DNA of 64,000 nt from Cenarchaeum sp. (GTDB lineage: Archaea > Thermoproteota > Nitrososphaeria > Nitrososphaerales > Nitrosopumilaceae). Positions within the stretch are counted from its first letter, which is position 1; the number at the start of each line of letters is the position of its first letter. The notes under the pieces were generated by a model that was given only the letters and a program-made list of their open reading frames with translations, ran no database searches and was not told the origin of the DNA. Location of the stretch: positions 960,001 through 1,024,000 of the forward strand of contig OZ243037.1 in the NCBI GenBank assembly GCA_965212015.1. Reading direction: 5' to 3'. A program made the position numbers and the translations under genes. Positions 9,831-19,441 of the stretch are shown here, piece after piece.

Positions 9831-10769
9831 TTAAAAGGTATCCAGCCCCCCAAAGTCGATCCGGGCCAAAAAGCACTCCGGGGCGCTTTTGCGCAGGTTG
9901 CAAATGGATTCGTTGATCCTTTGCGGCGCGGCGACTGCAACGATGCAGCCGCCTCCCCCGGCGCCCGTAATCTTTGAGCCGTGGCACGTCCTGTCTGCAA
10001 CATCGATCATTGCCCGCATTTTTTCCCCGGACACGCCGATTGCCTCCAGGTACCGCTGGTTCTCAGACATTGCCGCCCCCAGCGACGCCAGGTCGCCGCC
10101 GGACAGCAGCCCTTTGGCGCGCGCGACAAGGGCCGACTCTTTTTTGCACAGAGACGAGAATGTGCCGGGGTTTTTTCTCCGGAACTCATCCACGCGGGAG
10201 ACCATCTGGCCTGTTGCATGCACCTGTCCAGAGTTGGCGATTATGAGCTCAAGGCCAGAGTCGGCATCGATGGCAGTATGGCCGGCCTTTGTGCCGTACT
10301 CTATTATTCCCCCGTATGTGCACGCCGCGCTGTCGGCGCCTGATGCGCCTCCGAACATTGTACGCTCAGCTTCTGCTGCAATGCGCGATATCTCCCCTCT
10401 AGAGTGCCTTACAAAGAGCCCCATTACGGAGGCTGCCGCCGCAACGCAGCACGCAGAGGACGACCCCAGCCCCACGCCTGCGGGAATCTCCGAGTCGATC
10501 GTAATTTCCAGTCCCCCGGCATGGCCAAACTCCTTGATTGCCCTTTTTGCAAGAAATACAAACGGCCCGAACCGCCCTGCGGATGGCGAGTCCGGATCCA
10601 GCCGGATGCTGCCGATTCCCGAGTTTATCCGTATTTCCCTCTCGTCGGTCTTGACAGTCGTGACTTTCACCCTCTTGTCTATTGCGCACAGGATGGCGTT
10701 TACACCATGCACTACAAAGTGCTCTCCGAACAGTATCGCCTTTGCAGGCGCAGAAGCTATGGATCTCAA
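9831..10769 (-). CDS. mvk: Mevalonate kinase
   Basis: PAKAILFGEHFVV, GLGSSSA, SGAD, KITGAGGGG GHMP motifs. Confidence 0.95.
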   Translation of the reverse strand: MRSIASAPAKAILFGEHFVVHGVNAILCAIDKRVKVTTVKTDEREIRINSGIGSIRLDPDSPSAGRFGPFVFLAKRAIKEFGHAGGLEITIDSEIPAGVGLGSSSACCVAAAASVMGLFVRHSRGEISRIAAEAERTMFGGASGADSAACTYGGIIEYGTKAGHTAIDADSGLELIIANSGQVHATGQMVSRVDEFRRKNPGTFSSLCKKESALVARAKGLLSGGDLASLGAAMSENQRYLEAIGVSGEKMRAMIDVADRTCHGSKITGAGGGGCIVAVAAPQRINESICNLRKSAPECFLARIDFGGLDTF

Positions 10770-11587
10770 TTAAACGCAATCGAGCAGTATCCCACTACCG
10801 AAGTCTTGTCGCCAGAGACGTCGCCGCTTGTGGCGTATTTCAAGAGCTCCCCGCCCGTGGCGCCAAGGCCGCCGCACGCCTCCATGGTGGCCGCAATGGC
10901 CCCATAGCCGCAGGCGCTTACCGCCTTTTGTGCAAGCACCCCGTAAAACTCGCCGGTATCCATCCCCAGTATGGCGTCTATGAGCGCCCCGTCCTGCGTG
11001 CGGGCAAATCCGTCGGGCTCATAGTGCGTGAGATCCGACGATCCTATTATCAACATGTTTTTGTTTTTTCCAAGCCCCGATATTGCCTGTCCCACCATGA
11101 CGGCAGTCCCCATGTCCTGGTCTGCCAGGGCTATCGGCAGTATCTTAAAGTCGTGCGAAAAGAACTGCTGCAGCATGGGAACCTGGACCTCCAGGCTGTG
11201 CTCGCGCGCATGCGAGGACGAGTCCACCTCTATTCCCGAAAGGCGCGATAACTCGTCGGCTGATTCCGAGTCGACTTTGACGCATCCCAGCGGGGTCTGC
11301 CATGTGCAGTCCCGCATGGTCGCAACGCCGCATCCGTCCCCGCTATGGTTTGGCCCCACCATTACGAACAGATCCGGCCGCTGCTCCCTGATTGCGTGAA
11401 ACGAGTGGCATGCGACGGCCCCGGAATACTCGTATGCCGCATGCGGGCATATTATTCCGACTGCGCCGCGGCTCGGGCCTTTTTTCGGCCCGAGCTCGTG
11501 TGCAACGCACCCGCTTATGGCCCGCCGGAGCGGCGCTGCGTCGCCTGGATAAAACGCCCCGGCAACTGCCGGAGTCCTGGTATGCAT
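10766..11587 (-). CDS. MEMO1 family protein (AmmeMemoRadiSam protein B)
   Basis: AGAFYP, PHAAY.YSG, EHSLEVQ, SSDLTHY, CGYG. Confidence 0.93.
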   Translation of the reverse strand: MHTRTPAVAGAFYPGDAAPLRRAISGCVAHELGPKKGPSRGAVGIICPHAAYEYSGAVACHSFHAIREQRPDLFVMVGPNHSGDGCGVATMRDCTWQTPLGCVKVDSESADELSRLSGIEVDSSSHAREHSLEVQVPMLQQFFSHDFKILPIALADQDMGTAVMVGQAISGLGKNKNMLIIGSSDLTHYEPDGFARTQDGALIDAILGMDTGEFYGVLAQKAVSACGYGAIAATMEACGGLGATGGELLKYATSGDVSGDKTSVVGYCSIAFN

Positions 11588-12210
11588 TATTCTGCTGCCT
11601 CTTCTATTATCTTTGTCTCAAAATCGTCAATGTCGAGCTTCATGGACTCGTCTTTTTTTAGCTCGCCCTTTTCAATGAGTATCTGCCGCGCAAGCAGCCA
11701 GTATACCGTCGCCAGCGACTTGCGGCCGCGGTTGTTTGCAGGTATGATGACGTCAAGCTTTGAGGTGATATTGTCCGTGTTTGCAACCCCGATTACGGGA
11801 ATTCCCGCGTTTGTCGCCTCAGTTACCGCCTGGCCGTCCACCTGCGGGTCAGATACCAGCAGCAGCTTCGGCTCGATATAGTACGGCAGTGACGGATTAG
11901 TCAGCGTCCCCGGCATGAACCGTCCGAGCATCGGCACTGCCCCGACTGTCTCGCAGAATTTCTCTATCGGGCTCTGGGCGTACTTGCCGCCGGAGCACAC
12001 AATTACGTTTTCCAGCCCGGCCTTTGTGATGAACTTTGCAGACGTCTCGATTCTTGCCAGCGTCGTGTCCAGGTCTATCATGTAAAGGCCGCCCGGGCTT
12101 GCCTGAGTGATAAAGGACTTCATGAACTTTGTCTTGACCTGTGTTCCCACATCGATTCCCGTGGAGAGTACTTTTTTCTTGATGTCTGGAATCTCAGTCT
12201 CTTGGCTCAT
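11587..12210 (-). CDS. rps2: 30S ribosomal protein S2
   Basis: RFMPGTLTNP, PANNRGRKSL. Confidence 0.97.
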   Translation of the reverse strand: MSQETEIPDIKKKVLSTGIDVGTQVKTKFMKSFITQASPGGLYMIDLDTTLARIETSAKFITKAGLENVIVCSGGKYAQSPIEKFCETVGAVPMLGRFMPGTLTNPSLPYYIEPKLLLVSDPQVDGQAVTEATNAGIPVIGVANTDNITSKLDVIIPANNRGRKSLATVYWLLARQILIEKGELKKDESMKLDIDDFETKIIEEAAE

Positions 12211-12217
12211 CGGATTT

Positions 12218-13456
12218 TTAAAATTCCGCCATACCTCGTATTAAATCATGCTCCGAGAGCCGGATTAGCTCGTTTAGTTTTGCGACCCGCTCGCCGCCCA
12301 CGATTCCCGCCTTGAGCATCCTGGAGCCGGTTGCGATTCCAATGTGGGATATGTGGCCGTCTGAGGACTCGCCGGACCTGTGCGAGGTGACCAGCGCAAC
12401 TCCGCTGGCGTCTGCCTCCCTTGCAAATTCCATGGCATCAAACAGGCTGCCTGCCTGGTTTACCTTGAGAATCGCAGCATTGCACGCCTTTTTTTGGACC
12501 GCCACCTGCAGTATTTTCCTGCTCGTCACGGTGAGATCGTCGCCTGCAATCATTACTGCGGGAAACCTAGAGGTGAGCTCGGCCATGTCGTCGAATGCCT
12601 CCTCGTGTACTGCGTCCTCGGCGTATGCCAGCTTGTACTTTTCAATAATTGAGGCGGCAAAGTCTATCTGCTCGCCTCGGGAGTTTTCAAATCCCGACCT
12701 GTCATAGACGTATTTTTCCCTTTTCTGGTCCCACTGCGTGGAGGAGGCAAAGTCGACTCCGAGTGAGACCTCCCTGCCAAGCGTGAATCCCAGGTTCTCG
12801 CACGCCGTGACGGATGCCTCCAGTGCGCCCTCGTTGTCAAGCCTTGGCGCCCAGCCCCCCTCGTCACCCCGCCCGTTTGTAAAGCCGGGATCCCTTTTTT
12901 GCAGGACGTCGCGCAGCTCGCGGTGGACTGCCATGTTGGTCTCAATTGCGTCGCGGACGTTCTTTGAGCCTGTGGCACTGACTAGTATCTCCTGTATGTC
13001 CGGCGTGCCCGGCCCTGCGTGTGCGCCGCCGCCGAGTATGTTTCCAAGCGGGAAGGGGAACCGATAGTCCGGGCCTCCCGGAAGCGTCCGGAACAGCGGC
13101 AGGCCCGAGGCCTTTGCGGCCGACTCTGCTGATGCTATGCTGATTGCAAACGCAGCCGCCCCGCCGATGCCAGAATAGTCCGGCGTGCCGTCAATGTCGC
13201 GGATTGCGCCGTGCACCGACTCTGGATCGCCTGCCTCCAGCCCGACGAACTTGGTGGCGTTACCGTTTAGAATCTCCAGGCTTTTTTGCGGGCCTCCTGC
13301 GGGAAAGCTTGCCGCCTCGTGGCGCCCCACGCTTGCACCCGACGGGGCGCAGACGCGCCCGGTAAACCGGCCGTCGGACTCGACGTCCACCTCGATTGTC
13401 CTGGCTGCCCGGCTGTTGTAGATAATGCGTCCCTTAATCGAGGTGATCTTTGGCAA
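12218..13456 (-). CDS. eno: Enolase
   Basis: PSGASVG, GDEGG, LKVNQAG, SHRSGES. Confidence 0.96.
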   Translation of the reverse strand: MPKITSIKGRIIYNSRAARTIEVDVESDGRFTGRVCAPSGASVGRHEAASFPAGGPQKSLEILNGNATKFVGLEAGDPESVHGAIRDIDGTPDYSGIGGAAAFAISIASAESAAKASGLPLFRTLPGGPDYRFPFPLGNILGGGAHAGPGTPDIQEILVSATGSKNVRDAIETNMAVHRELRDVLQKRDPGFTNGRGDEGGWAPRLDNEGALEASVTACENLGFTLGREVSLGVDFASSTQWDQKREKYVYDRSGFENSRGEQIDFAASIIEKYKLAYAEDAVHEEAFDDMAELTSRFPAVMIAGDDLTVTSRKILQVAVQKKACNAAILKVNQAGSLFDAMEFAREADASGVALVTSHRSGESSDGHISHIGIATGSRMLKAGIVGGERVAKLNELIRLSEHDLIRGMAEF

Positions 13457-13457
13457 C

Positions 13458-13700
13458 CTATTCTAGCTCAGACTGGACTTCCTGGTGCCTTTTTTGAATT
13501 GCCTCGTAAAACGGAACAATCTGTCTAATCGTTTCAATGGATGTTAAGAGCATTCTCCGGCAGCAGTATCTCTTGACTCCAAGCGAGTCCATCACCTTTG
13601 CGGGCCCCTCGCCCAGCTTTGTCCTTGCCTTATAGTCTTCGTACTTGTCGGCGATCATGTTTCCGCAGGTAAAGCAACGCACCGGAACTAACATGCTCAC
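13458..13700 (-). CDS. rpoN: RNA polymerase subunit N (Rpo10)
   Basis: PVRCFTCG...RYCCRRM zinc motif. Confidence 0.97.
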   Translation of the reverse strand: MSMLVPVRCFTCGNMIADKYEDYKARTKLGEGPAKVMDSLGVKRYCCRRMLLTSIETIRQIVPFYEAIQKRHQEVQSELE

Positions 13701-13745
13701 GGTGAGTAATCAAGGATTATAAAAACCCTGCACGGAGTTTTTGTT

Positions 13746-13830
13746 GCGGGTGTAGCCCAGCCTGGCCAAAGGCGCTAGCTTGAGGGGCTAGTCTCTCAGG
13801 AGTTCGTGGGTTCGAATCCCACCGCCCGCA
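13746..13830 (+). tRNA. tRNA-Leu(GAG)
   Basis: GCGGGTG/CGCCCGC acceptor, CTAGC-TTGAGGG-GCTAG anticodon arm, long variable arm, GTTCGAATCC. Confidence 0.95.
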
Positions 13831-13835
13831 TTTCA

Positions 13836-14453
13836 TTACCTACTAGTCAGCCTTGCAATGGCGTCGATCAGGTCGGATCTGCGCATCTCTTCTGTAATGA
13901 CGGCCCTTACGTCCTCGATTAGCATCCTGTTGACGTCCAGCTTTCTTTTTGCCTCCTTGAGCACCTTGTCATAGGTGGCAAACGGATAGAGCAGCTCGTA
14001 CAGCTCCTCCATCACCTGGAATATCCCCTGCGCCTCTTTTGTGCGGCCTGCGCGTATCCTGTCAAACACCAGCCGCTTTAGCTCCCCGATACAGTCAAGC
14101 AGGCCAAGCACGTACGACGGGCCGGAGACGGCCAGCGCGGCTGCAGAGGGAACAGGCCTCTTGTCTGCAACGGCAATAAGCGAAAAGGCCTCGACTAGCT
14201 CCTGCTCCGGGACGGCTATGTGCCTTCTGAGGTTGTTAGTTGCCCTGGCCCTCTGGGATCTTAGCAGCGAGTCTGCCCTCTTGGCCTTTGTCCGAGCAGA
14301 GTCCATGTCCCCCCTGTGCACGGCGATTATCGACTGGCTGCACAGTATGACTATCTGTCTCGTGTTTTTTATTAAAAATTCGCGCGAGTCCCTGACGGTC
14401 TCTAGTGATTTTGAGATTTTGCCGAGGGACGCCCTGGCGCTTTTGAGCGACAC
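13836..14453 (-). CDS. Translin/TRAX-like RNA-binding protein
   Basis: QELVEA and YVLGLLDCIGELKR motifs; GTG start 28 nt below TTTATCTT box. Confidence 0.88.
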   Translation of the reverse strand: MSLKSARASLGKISKSLETVRDSREFLIKNTRQIVILCSQSIIAVHRGDMDSARTKAKRADSLLRSQRARATNNLRRHIAVPEQELVEAFSLIAVADKRPVPSAAALAVSGPSYVLGLLDCIGELKRLVFDRIRAGRTKEAQGIFQVMEELYELLYPFATYDKVLKEAKRKLDVNRMLIEDVRAVITEEMRRSDLIDAIARLTSR

Positions 14454-14501
14454 AAACGACGGTGGGATGCTCCAAGATAAAGCCGTTTGCAAATGCAGGC
14501 G

Positions 14502-14561
14502 GTAACAGGCTAGGTCCAAGAGGGATATTTGGATCCACAGGCGCCGGACCTAACCGATTAC
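14502..14561 (+). mobile_element. 60-bp MITE-like element, copy 1
   Basis: GTAACAGGCTAGGTCC...GGACCTAACCGATTAC imperfect TIRs; flanks TGCAGGCG / TGTAGGCG (8-bp TSD, 7/8). Confidence 0.8.
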
Positions 14562-14759
14562 TGTAGGCGCGCGACGTGTAACAGTTGGCTACTAGCTTGC
14601 ATGACTGGAATTTGCGTGTGATCGGCCTTTGGAATGGCAGGCGGGTCGCCGTACCGCCGAGTCAATTTCGTGGTTTTTTGATGGAAATCATATCCAAGGT
14701 ACAATTAGATCTATTTTGCATAACTCATTAACCTTTAATATGCGCGATTACAAAATGGC

Positions 14760-15209
14760 ATGATGGAGCATATTGGATATTTTGCATATGGTTCCAATCT
14801 GAATAAATCACAAATGCGGAAAAGGGTTGGAGCATGGCATTCGTCAAAAAGAGCACGTCTGATAGGATACGAGTTTGTGAGTAATGTTAAATCCAAAAGA
14901 TGGGATTGCAATACATCCAACGTGAGGGTGGGAAATGAAAATGATGTGGTATACGGAGTTGTCTATTTTATAACAAGAGAACAGCTTGACCAAATGACAT
15001 CCTTTGAAGGAATTGATCCGAGGTATGTGGATGTCACGGATGAAGATGAAAATGTGATACGCAATGTTGCAGTTTATTATTGGGACTGCGAGCATCCATC
15101 AGAAACACCTTCCAAAGCATACATAGATACCGTGATCGAAGGCATTATAGAGCATCAATATTCTGAGAGTGTAATTACAAAGGTAAAAAAAAGTTTTAAA
15201 AGATTATAG
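14760..15209 (+). CDS. Gamma-glutamylcyclotransferase (AIG2-like) family protein, AT-rich
   Basis: YFAYGSNL, VYGVVY, FEG, PSKAY motifs. Confidence 0.88.
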   Translation: MMEHIGYFAYGSNLNKSQMRKRVGAWHSSKRARLIGYEFVSNVKSKRWDCNTSNVRVGNENDVVYGVVYFITREQLDQMTSFEGIDPRYVDVTDEDENVIRNVAVYYWDCEHPSETPSKAYIDTVIEGIIEHQYSESVITKVKKSFKRL

Positions 15210-15245
15210 TCAAAGGTATGAGTATTTGGAACCAGAGTAACCCTC

Positions 15246-15313
15246 ATGAAATATTTCATCACGTCTAGCGAATATCTTTGTCCTGAAATACTCACGTGGG
15301 GAAATATTTCATC
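15246..15313. repeat. Palindrome ATGAAATATTTCAT with a second GAAATATTTCATC copy
   Basis: Perfect 14-bp palindrome 15246-15259; 13-bp direct repeat 15248-15260 / 15301-15313. Confidence 0.6.
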
Positions 15314-15554
15314 GCATCAAATGTAGTATTCAGATGGCGTTTTGAATGTAGTGGATCAGGTTTTCGTTTTGTCTGATGGGCGCCTGCCGGCATGCCAGTT
15401 TCCAGCTGTGCCAGTCCGGATCCCTGCCCATCACTCACGCAATCCCCCTTATGGGCAAAGCTCCATTTCTGCAATCAGGCAGATCCCGATCTGTTGCATC
15501 TGACACACATTGATGCAGTCTTTATATTAAAAAAAACCCCGCAGGATTGGCAGC

Positions 15555-17234
15555 CTATGGCCGCGTGTATGCCTGCGTATCTGCGCCGCCTAGCGTGTCA
15601 CGGTACGCCTGCGGAATGAGATCCCAGGACCTCTGTATCAGGTGCTGCACCATAGAGTCAAGCACGTACGTCCTGGCCCAGTCGTCCTGGCTGCGGATGG
15701 ATCTTCCAAACCCCTGCAGCAGCTTTGTCAGCGTCTGCGAGGCGTACCAGAGCGGGTATTTTTTCATCTTTAGGGCGACGCGCTTGTCAGAAAAGTTCGG
15801 GTACGGAATCTTTGAGATGATTTGAAACCTGGACATGTCGTCTTTGAGGTCGACTCCCTCCCACAGCGACGAGGAGAGAAGCACGCCGCCAGGGTCGCAA
15901 GAGTGCTCCGCTATTATCTCGTCAGGCGTCATTGCGCCCTCGCCTGCGTGGCATATCCTGATCCTCTTTCTGTTGGATTCTGACAGGTTGTCGCGTATCT
16001 GCCGGCACCTGGCCCTAGACGAGGTCAGCACCAGTCCGCGCTGGCCTGCGTGCGCGCAGAGCAGCTCGTCGATTCTCCCTATCACTGCCAGCTCGTCGGC
16101 CAGCGACGACCTGTATCCCAGGCTCCGGACGTTGAGAAACTCGATCCTGCGGTTCTCCAGCGGAAAGGGCGACACGGGCGCATCGACTATTGCCACATCG
16201 GACGGCGCAATGCCCGTAGTCTCGCAAAAAGAATTCCTGTTAATAGTGGCAGACATGAATACCTGCACCGGCGCATCAAAGAACTTTTGGACGTACTTTG
16301 AGATGTCAAGCGGCCTGACGTCGGCCAGGGAGTACTGCGGGTTTCGCGGCAGGTTTATGACAAAGTTGTCCTTGTTGGAGCTAATCTCGGCGCTTGCCGC
16401 CGCATACCTCGTATATCCCGCATCAAGGCGGTTTAGCAGGTCATAGTCCGGATTCTCCTCAAAGCCCGGACTCTGCTGAATGTCCGATATTTTTTTGGAA
16501 TAGTGCCCTGCCATGTCGTCGAGCAGCGCGGTGATGAGATCAATGTCGGACAGGTCGTACGAGTCCGTGTCGATGCCGCACTCTTCTGCATCCCTCCTGT
16601 TGATGGCGATTCCTATGAACTGGAGTATCTGATCCTCGATCTTGTGCGCCTCGTCGAATATCGCCACCGGCCGGTCCAGGTACTTTGCAAAGGTCTTTTT
16701 GTTGTACTTCATTATCTGGAAATAGGCGTAATAGTTCCACAAAGAGTGCGGGGAGATTAGCGCCGTGTATTTCTGATCATAGTACGGGCAGACTGTCCCC
16801 TCAAAGGAGCCGGATTCAAAGTCCTCTATTGCCGGCTTGTACTTGCAGTTGTACGTCTTGCCGTCCCTTTTTTCCTGGCACTGGCCCTTGTTGCACGTCA
16901 TGCGCAGCTCCATCGCCCTGGCAAGCTCCTTTTTTGCAACGCCGTTTTGCTCCATGATCTTCATGCACGCAAAGTTCGACTTGCCCTTGACCGGCCTGAG
17001 CATTTCAAACTCTTTTGAATACTGGTCCTGCAGCTGCTTTGAGGCGGTGACTATGAACGAGCCGCCATAGTGCAGTGAAAGGTTGACTGCAATCGGGGAT
17101 TTTCCCACCCCGGTGGGCGCAGATACGATGATTTTTTCGTACCCCGACTTTATGCTTTCCTCGATTCGGGCCACCAGATCCACCTGGATTGGCCGCGGCG
17201 TCAGGCCGGCAGGAAAGCTCCCAATCATTGCCAT
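15555..17234 (-). CDS. DinG/Rad3-like SF2 helicase
   Basis: Q motif, APTGVGKS, DEAH, SAT, EGVD, QGFGRSIR; Cys cluster for possible FeS domain. Confidence 0.92.
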   Translation of the reverse strand: MAMIGSFPAGLTPRPIQVDLVARIEESIKSGYEKIIVSAPTGVGKSPIAVNLSLHYGGSFIVTASKQLQDQYSKEFEMLRPVKGKSNFACMKIMEQNGVAKKELARAMELRMTCNKGQCQEKRDGKTYNCKYKPAIEDFESGSFEGTVCPYYDQKYTALISPHSLWNYYAYFQIMKYNKKTFAKYLDRPVAIFDEAHKIEDQILQFIGIAINRRDAEECGIDTDSYDLSDIDLITALLDDMAGHYSKKISDIQQSPGFEENPDYDLLNRLDAGYTRYAAASAEISSNKDNFVINLPRNPQYSLADVRPLDISKYVQKFFDAPVQVFMSATINRNSFCETTGIAPSDVAIVDAPVSPFPLENRRIEFLNVRSLGYRSSLADELAVIGRIDELLCAHAGQRGLVLTSSRARCRQIRDNLSESNRKRIRICHAGEGAMTPDEIIAEHSCDPGGVLLSSSLWEGVDLKDDMSRFQIISKIPYPNFSDKRVALKMKKYPLWYASQTLTKLLQGFGRSIRSQDDWARTYVLDSMVQHLIQRSWDLIPQAYRDTLGGADTQAYTRP

Positions 17235-17301
17235 GCACGCATCACCCCCGCGCGTCCCCCGCCGGTCCGCGCCCGTGGCAGCACAATGCGGCGCATGCCG
17301 T

Positions 17302-17850
17302 CTAGGCCACGGGATAGCCGCGCTCGGCCCTCAGTACAGGCATCTTTTGGTGCAGCCAGACGAGCAGCTTTATGAACTCGTCCGCCTCGTTTTTAATGTA
17401 ATTTTCAATCTCGCCGTGCTGCCCGTTGCGGTACCACTGCGGAATAGTCAGGCCGCTGTGCGGCTTGCCCGTTAGCTTGTCAAGGCCAGAGCCCTTGAAC
17501 TGCCCGTTGTTCATGAGAACCGCAATGCTGTGCAGATCAATGCACGGCCTTGACATTATGTCGATCGGGTGCTTGCTGTATTTTTTGGACTTTGATAGAA
17601 GAAACTTGTGCTCGAATGTCAGGTTGAATCCCACGGGGACAAAGTCAAAGCCGTACGTGTGTATGATCTTGGACTCGGTGATGAACTTTTGGATCATCGC
17701 CTCCTCGCCTTCCTCCCATTCCTTGAGAATGACTAGCTCGCCTGTCGGCCTGCCCGTTCCCTGCTCTAGCTCCTGGTACTGTATCGTTATGATCTTGTCG
17801 CCGAAAACATCCAGCCCCTCTGTCTCGATGTCAAGATAGTAATTTCCCAC
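17302..17850 (-). CDS. RNase H-like / DEDD 3'-5' exonuclease domain protein
   Basis: YLDIETEGLD ExoI, GFNLTFE ExoII-like, DLH, YIKNE ExoIII-like; GTG start. Confidence 0.75.
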   Translation of the reverse strand: MGNYYLDIETEGLDVFGDKIITIQYQELEQGTGRPTGELVILKEWEEGEEAMIQKFITESKIIHTYGFDFVPVGFNLTFEHKFLLSKSKKYSKHPIDIMSRPCIDLHSIAVLMNNGQFKGSGLDKLTGKPHSGLTIPQWYRNGQHGEIENYIKNEADEFIKLLVWLHQKMPVLRAERGYPVA

Positions 17851-18068
17851 AAGCTCGGTGCGGCGCGCCGTATTATAATTATTGCCCAGCGGACTCTTTC
17901 CGGGTCATGCAATCAGGATCGGCTGATCGCCTCCGATCATTGCCAAAAAAGGGAGTCACGCCCGGTGGACGCGGGTCGGTAATTTTGGCAGAAAGCGATC
18001 GGAACGCCTACAATATTCCTGCCATTTTTTTTCTAAACACATTAAAACCCGTTTTTTTATATTATTCC

Positions 18069-18574
18069 ATGAAAAAATCACACACCTTGGCATATTTGGA
18101 TACCAATATTCTGCTGATGATTATAAAATATGATGAATTTCCTGATTACGACTATAAACAATCCATTCACAAATGCTATATGACCACAGGATAAAGATCC
18201 CGCAGATAGTATTAGGGGAGGCGCTAGCAGTGATGTTGAAAAGCGAGTCAGATCCGGGGCGGATCTTGCAATGCACGACAGATATGGGCAACATATCAAA
18301 CAAGTGGAAGCTTGATTCTGACAAGTTTCCTCCCCCTAACAATCTGATCATACAAAGAGCAAAAATACTATCTGATCTTAGCGGCGTGGTAAACAATATG
18401 GATTCCTTGATTTTGGCTCATGCGATAGAGGATGGAGATGCCACGCATTTTTTAACGACTGACAGGCCGTTGAAAAACCCCCTAGTATTAAGCCATATCG
18501 AGGACCTGAAAAAGAATGGAACACGCAACCAGATCCTGAACATACCGGCCGAGTTTACAATAGGCAAAGACTAG
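18069..18574 (+). pseudogene. PIN-domain (VapC-like) nuclease split by a 1-nt frameshift near 18170
   Basis: AYLDTNIL in one frame; IPQIVLGE, DSLILAHA, FLTTD in the next. Confidence 0.75.
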
Positions 18575-19004
18575 TCAATTTCGAATAGACCGAATCAATG
18601 AACTTTGGGTCGTGATCACACTTTAGCATGTAAAAATGCTCCAGTTTTAGGCCCTTGTCAAGATTCGTCTCGTGCAGTATGGTTGCTGCAATCTCCAGCC
18701 AAGCAGTACTCTTGCCCCTCAATACTGACAAAAATTCCTCATGACGCAGCGCAGGCGGTGCCGATGCAGATGCCATGTTTGCAACGTCCAGATTATAGTA
18801 ATCCGACGTCAATCCACGCGAGTATGGTCCGCGCAGGTGTATATTGTACGCATAGCCTAGATCCAGCCCGAAATGTTTGGCCAGATATGTGTATTTTTGA
18901 ACCTTTAGGCGGTTCTCAAAGCCCTCGTCACTGTCATCTTTTAATCTGGCTACATTAACCATGCCCTGTCCCGAAAGATACGATACAAACTCCCCAAGTG
19001 CCAT
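18555..19004 (-). CDS. YwgA/SocA(Panacea)-like winged-helix protein, possible antitoxin
   Basis: LKVQKYTYL...Y.Y..HLRGPYS..L signature; WLEIAATI. Confidence 0.7.
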   Translation of the reverse strand: MALGEFVSYLSGQGMVNVARLKDDSDEGFENRLKVQKYTYLAKHFGLDLGYAYNIHLRGPYSRGLTSDYYNLDVANMASASAPPALRHEEFLSVLRGKSTAWLEIAATILHETNLDKGLKLEHFYMLKCDHDPKFIDSVYSKLTSLCLL

Positions 19005-19052
19005 ACACTTAACTGGCCACTCTACTCATATAAAATTACGCCATTGGTTAGT

Positions 19053-19112
19053 GCAACAGGTTAGGTTCAAGAGGGATATTTGGATCTACAGGCACGGGAC
19101 CTAACCGGATAC
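19053..19112 (+). mobile_element. 60-bp MITE-like element, copy 2
   Basis: GCAACAGGTTAGGTTC...GGACCTAACCGGATAC; flanks TGGTTAGT / TGGCTAGT (7/8). Confidence 0.8.
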
Positions 19113-19116
19113 TGGC

Positions 19117-19400
19117 TAGTCTGTTGCATAACTCACCTGATCATGCCAGATATCCCACTTTGACTCAGATTCCCATTGGATCGTTGCCAGTTCTGCCATC
19201 CTGCTGGACACGCCGGCCTTGATTTTCAGCTCCCGTATCATTCTCCCATTTGCACAAATACACATAATCCCCCAGGCATCTTGAATGTCGAAAAGACAAT
19301 CTCTACGAGCCATCTCTGGCCGTATCGCACGCGTTTTTTCCATCTTGGCTGGTTTTCGAGCCTTTCTGCCTCATCAAGCTGGCTTTGCCCCATAATGTGC
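19117..19400 (-). mobile_element. IS5-family remnant: transposase C-terminus plus one TIR
   Basis: Minus-strand frames give WKKRVRYGQRWLVEIVFSTFK then MIRELKIKAGV..RM, matching the 30391-30726 transposase; end TCTGTTGCATAACTC resembles TCTGTGTCACAACTC of the 30312 TIR. Confidence 0.75.
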
Positions 19401-19441
19401 CGTGTGTAATGTCAGAAAGTGGAATTACCGGACAATGCCGC

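Noticed and set aside
7458-10769. Type 1 IDI with IPK and MVK as an unusual pathway
   Set aside because: Already known for thaumarchaeal isoprenoid clusters
19116-19343. 75-aa ORF as a novel gene
   Set aside because: Composite of frameshifted IS5 transposase sequence
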